In this document: one piece after another, positions 60,817 through 64,000 of the stretch | Position numbering within the stretch: the stretch's first letter is position 1 | How the letters are laid out: each line of letters starts with the position of its first letter | Assembly: GCA_043228905.1 (NCBI GenBank) | Contig: JBHGNT010000005.1 | Coordinates: 17,484,001 to 17,548,000, forward strand | Reading direction: 5' to 3' | Origin: Azolla caroliniana | Taxonomy: Eukaryota > Plantae > Polypodiophyta | Length of the DNA: 64,000 nt | Notes under the pieces: generated by a model | What the model saw: only the letters and a program-made list of their open reading frames with translations | Database searches by the model: none | What the model was told of the DNA's origin: nothing | Program-made: the position numbers and the translations under genes

Positions 60817-62130
60817 TTCAGGAAACACTGGAGAGTGTATCCGTGCTCCTTGTGCAGGTCTACTTGCATCCGCTCCTACAGCGTACAGTTAGAAAAAAAA
60901 TTCACTCTACCACTTTGTTCTTCATCTCATGAGAGAATGTGCTAGTGTTTCCCATATTAACATGCTGACTGAGGAAAATGAACAAACATTTAAATAAGCC
61001 ATAGTAGAATATTACTTTGGCAGGTATTTCACATGCCTTTCCGATTCCAAATTGTGATTCACACAACACATCATTTTCACATTATAAATTAATATCATCA
61101 TCTACAATGAGATCTCTGGGTAGAAAATGAAGCCATCCCTTAAGGTTATATTCTCTATTCCAATTTTGATAAAAATGAGGCCCAATCTCATGTTGTCAGA
61201 TGGGAGCTATCATAGGTCATCCATATATGCTGACATTCCCAGATTCCTTTTATCATAGAGAAGACCGTAAAATTCCTTATGTGATGGATTTGCACGTGAT
61301 TAACATATTACACTCGAGGAAATCTAGTCCTATAGAACATATAAACTGTCAGGTCTATGAACAACGAGGATATTTTATGAATGACATACCTCTTGAATCC
61401 GAGAACAATCTTGGATAAATCTGCGAAAAATGGATGAAGTGGCGTTTTATTGCAAAGTCAGGAGAACCTCTTCCTTAAGATGTTAATATAATAAAGACGA
61501 AATGGAATCCCTAAAAGCACTGAGCTCTACTACTCAGAAACCCTAAATATAGTGCTGCTTTCGCCTTTGAAAGCCTCAGTTTGAATAGGTAACTCAGCAA
61601 ATCGATGGACACTGCTTGCCACAGGAAAGGAATGCCTAAAATATATTGACAACTGGCCGATGAAGAAACTATGAAAAGAAGACAGATATGTGATGCGGAA
61701 GCCCTAGAGAAAAAAAAAAAAAAACCGATGTGTGATGCGAAAATACAGCCAAAAAGAAGTGATCTGAATGATGGAGAAACTCCAAAGGAGGGGGGGGGGG
61801 GGGGGGGGGAAGAGAAGGAGGATCACTCACCACGACAGTTCTTCAATTTAATCCATGAATGTCGATCGAGATGGAATGGAAGAGGGAATGGGAATCTCTG
61901 ATACAACAGATGTTGATGTTTGAAATGGAATAGAAGAAGAAGAAGAAGAGGAGGAGGAGGAGGAGGAGGAGGGTGGAGATGAAGAAGAAGGAAAAAGGCG
62001 AGGAGCTATGGCGATGAAGCTGCGCGTGGGCGTGGGCGTGGGCGTGGGCGTGGGCGTTGTTTCTTCTCGCCTGATTCATCCTCCGTTTGGTCACGCCTGC
62101 TTACCCTGCCTGTATTCAAATGCCCTCCTC

Positions 62131-62171
<41 letters not shown>

Positions 62172-62212
62172 CGAGGGGGGGGAGGGTGTAGAGAGAGAGA
62201 GAGAGAGAGAGA

Positions 62213-62258
<46 letters not shown>

Positions 62259-62387
62259 GAGAGAGAATGTGTGAGGGGGGGGGTGTAGTAAGGGAGAGAG
62301 AGTGTGTGTGGGGGGGGGGGAGAGAGAATGTGTGTGTGTGTGTGTGTGTGTGTAACAGAGATATTGTGTGAGAGAGAGAGAGAGAGA

Positions 62388-62419
<32 letters not shown>

Positions 62420-62620
62420 TATTATGTGTGTGTGAGAGAGAGAATGTGTGTGTGTGTGTGTGTGCAAGAGAGAGATTGTGTGTATGTGTAAGAGAGATAG
62501 AGTGTGTTTGTGTGTGAGAGAGAGAGAGAGAATGTGTGTGTGTGGCCGTGGGTGTGACCTCTCTCTCTCTCTCTCTATGAAGACCCAAATATAATTTATG
62601 TATGTATGTATGTATATGTA
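62131..62620. repeat. Compound (GA)/(GT)/(CT)/G-run microsatellite upstream of the kinase
   Basis: Seen directly. Confidence 0.92.
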
Positions 62621-64000
62621 TCCCGAGAAACCACACGAACTTAGTGGTGCCGATGTATGTGATGAGTTAGGTTAGGTTGTGGCGGGCGCGGCGCATCTTA
62701 CAAGTAGAGTTGTTCTGGCCCGCAATTGACCGCAAAGCATCACCATTACCTTAACATGAATAGATGATGGGCCACGGAAAAACTCTTTGGCTCATTGTCT
62801 GCTAACCTATCGAAGCAAACATAAGAAAAGGATGCGTTGAATCCATGGTGCCCAAAGTTGAGATGGGATAACCCCCAATGGCATGTCCCAACATGATAAT
62901 GGAATGCGTGCATGACACCCTACTCAAGCATATCGTAGAAAAACAAAAAAAACGTTTCACATCTTGAAAATTGTTGCTAGCAATTCAAGTCATCAACTAA
63001 CGATTACCCATCGAAGAAACACTTTCACAATGAATAGAAGATGGGATTGTATCCCAGATTTAACACTTGGTGCCACCATCATCTACGATTTGGATAACTA
63101 ACTGAAATTTAGCTTTGATCTGATTGTTGTAGATGTCATCGGTGTGCAATGCAAGTTTTATTTTTGTTCTTAAATAACCAATATCTACTTGGTTCCACTA
63201 CCACCCAGTTCGGAATACATGCCACAAGAATAGGCAAAATGGATACTAATTGCTTAGCATAATAATGATTCTCTTTATCTTTCTCTTTGTTCTTAGTGCA
63301 TCCATCCTTTTCTTGACATTTTCAACACCGTTTTATTATGAATATATAAAGTTATACGAAATCCAACATAAATAGGTTGGTTTTCACTAGAATATGTTCC
63401 TTCTTCTTTGTTGTTGCAATGACCACCCTTTTTCTTGACATTTTCAACGTCATTTTATTAATAAAATATACACTTCCAACTTTTTTAGAAGATCGCGAGT
63501 TTACTTGTTTATAGGACTCCAAATACATAGTTTCGTAGACAATAATGTCATGTCTGAAGGGGCATGTGTTTGATGTAGTGAAGCCCAAAGTTGGTTTCAC
63601 ATATTTAAGTCCATTTTCTTGGTGGAATACCATTTGACTGGCCACAACCTCGACGTTAGGATATGGACATAGACAAAGGGCTAATTCGTATAATTAATGC
63701 CTTATCCTAATATCGAGCACTCATTTGCATTTTCTTCTTTGTATTGTAATTTGTAACCTTAGAGTCTTTTGTCTCATGTAGCAAGGACCAAGCATTCTCT
63801 CACATAGTGCACTTACCATTTCCCAAGGTCCAAGTATGTTGCTCAATTCCATGGTATGATACATGGAACTATCCCATGCATAAGTAATGGCCATATCTTG
63901 TGGCTTAAAATACTCCTTGATTGTTTGCAATGGTATTACATTGCCTCATTACCAACACCACTCACATCCTGCCGTAGGAAGATTGATTGACATTGCTCAT

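Noticed and set aside
62006-62636. His/Thr/Leu/Ser-rich ORFs
   Set aside because: Translations of dinucleotide microsatellites
62640-64000. Short minus-strand ORFs at the window end
   Set aside because: No recognisable domain or splice-consistent model

Overview
Eukaryotic land-plant genomic DNA, most likely a non-seed plant such as a fern (inferred from the retrotransposon lineages, not proven). Bases 1-~56000 are a nested transposon cluster. Ty1/Copia elements are A (1-9138, -), X (1609-7514, +), B (9284-42746, +), C (11045-32751, +), G (33489-41000, +), I (44376-49989, +) and remnant K. Ty3/Gypsy elements are the Tcn1-like chromovirus D (15080-31603, -), chromovirus E (16897-27629, -), gag-only tRNA-Trp-primed F (19338-23014, -), truncated H and remnant J. 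There are also solo LTRs and an hAT-type non-autonomous element. Nesting reaches five levels (B>C>D>E>F), and the four nested insertions each have matching TSDs. The only host gene found is an intact 6-coding-exon receptor-like cytoplasmic kinase (CRCK-like, 57950-60816, -) with a compound microsatellite upstream. The most notable observations are: (1) tRNA-like Pol III A/B-box cassettes lying antisense at the U3 end of four different LTR sequences; (2) a conserved 10-bp stem with an 18-nt loop holding the PPT, plus a duplicated PPT flanking a Pol C-terminal extension, in the Copia family; (3) Tf1-type self-priming with a U3/R hairpin in two Tcn1-like families; (4) a -1 frameshift signal with a pseudoknot in D; (5) a young gag-only element with an unusual ~700-codon frame and a 4-bp TSD; (6) periodic hairpin arrays in a leader and an LTR. 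All coordinates were read by eye and no database searches were run.
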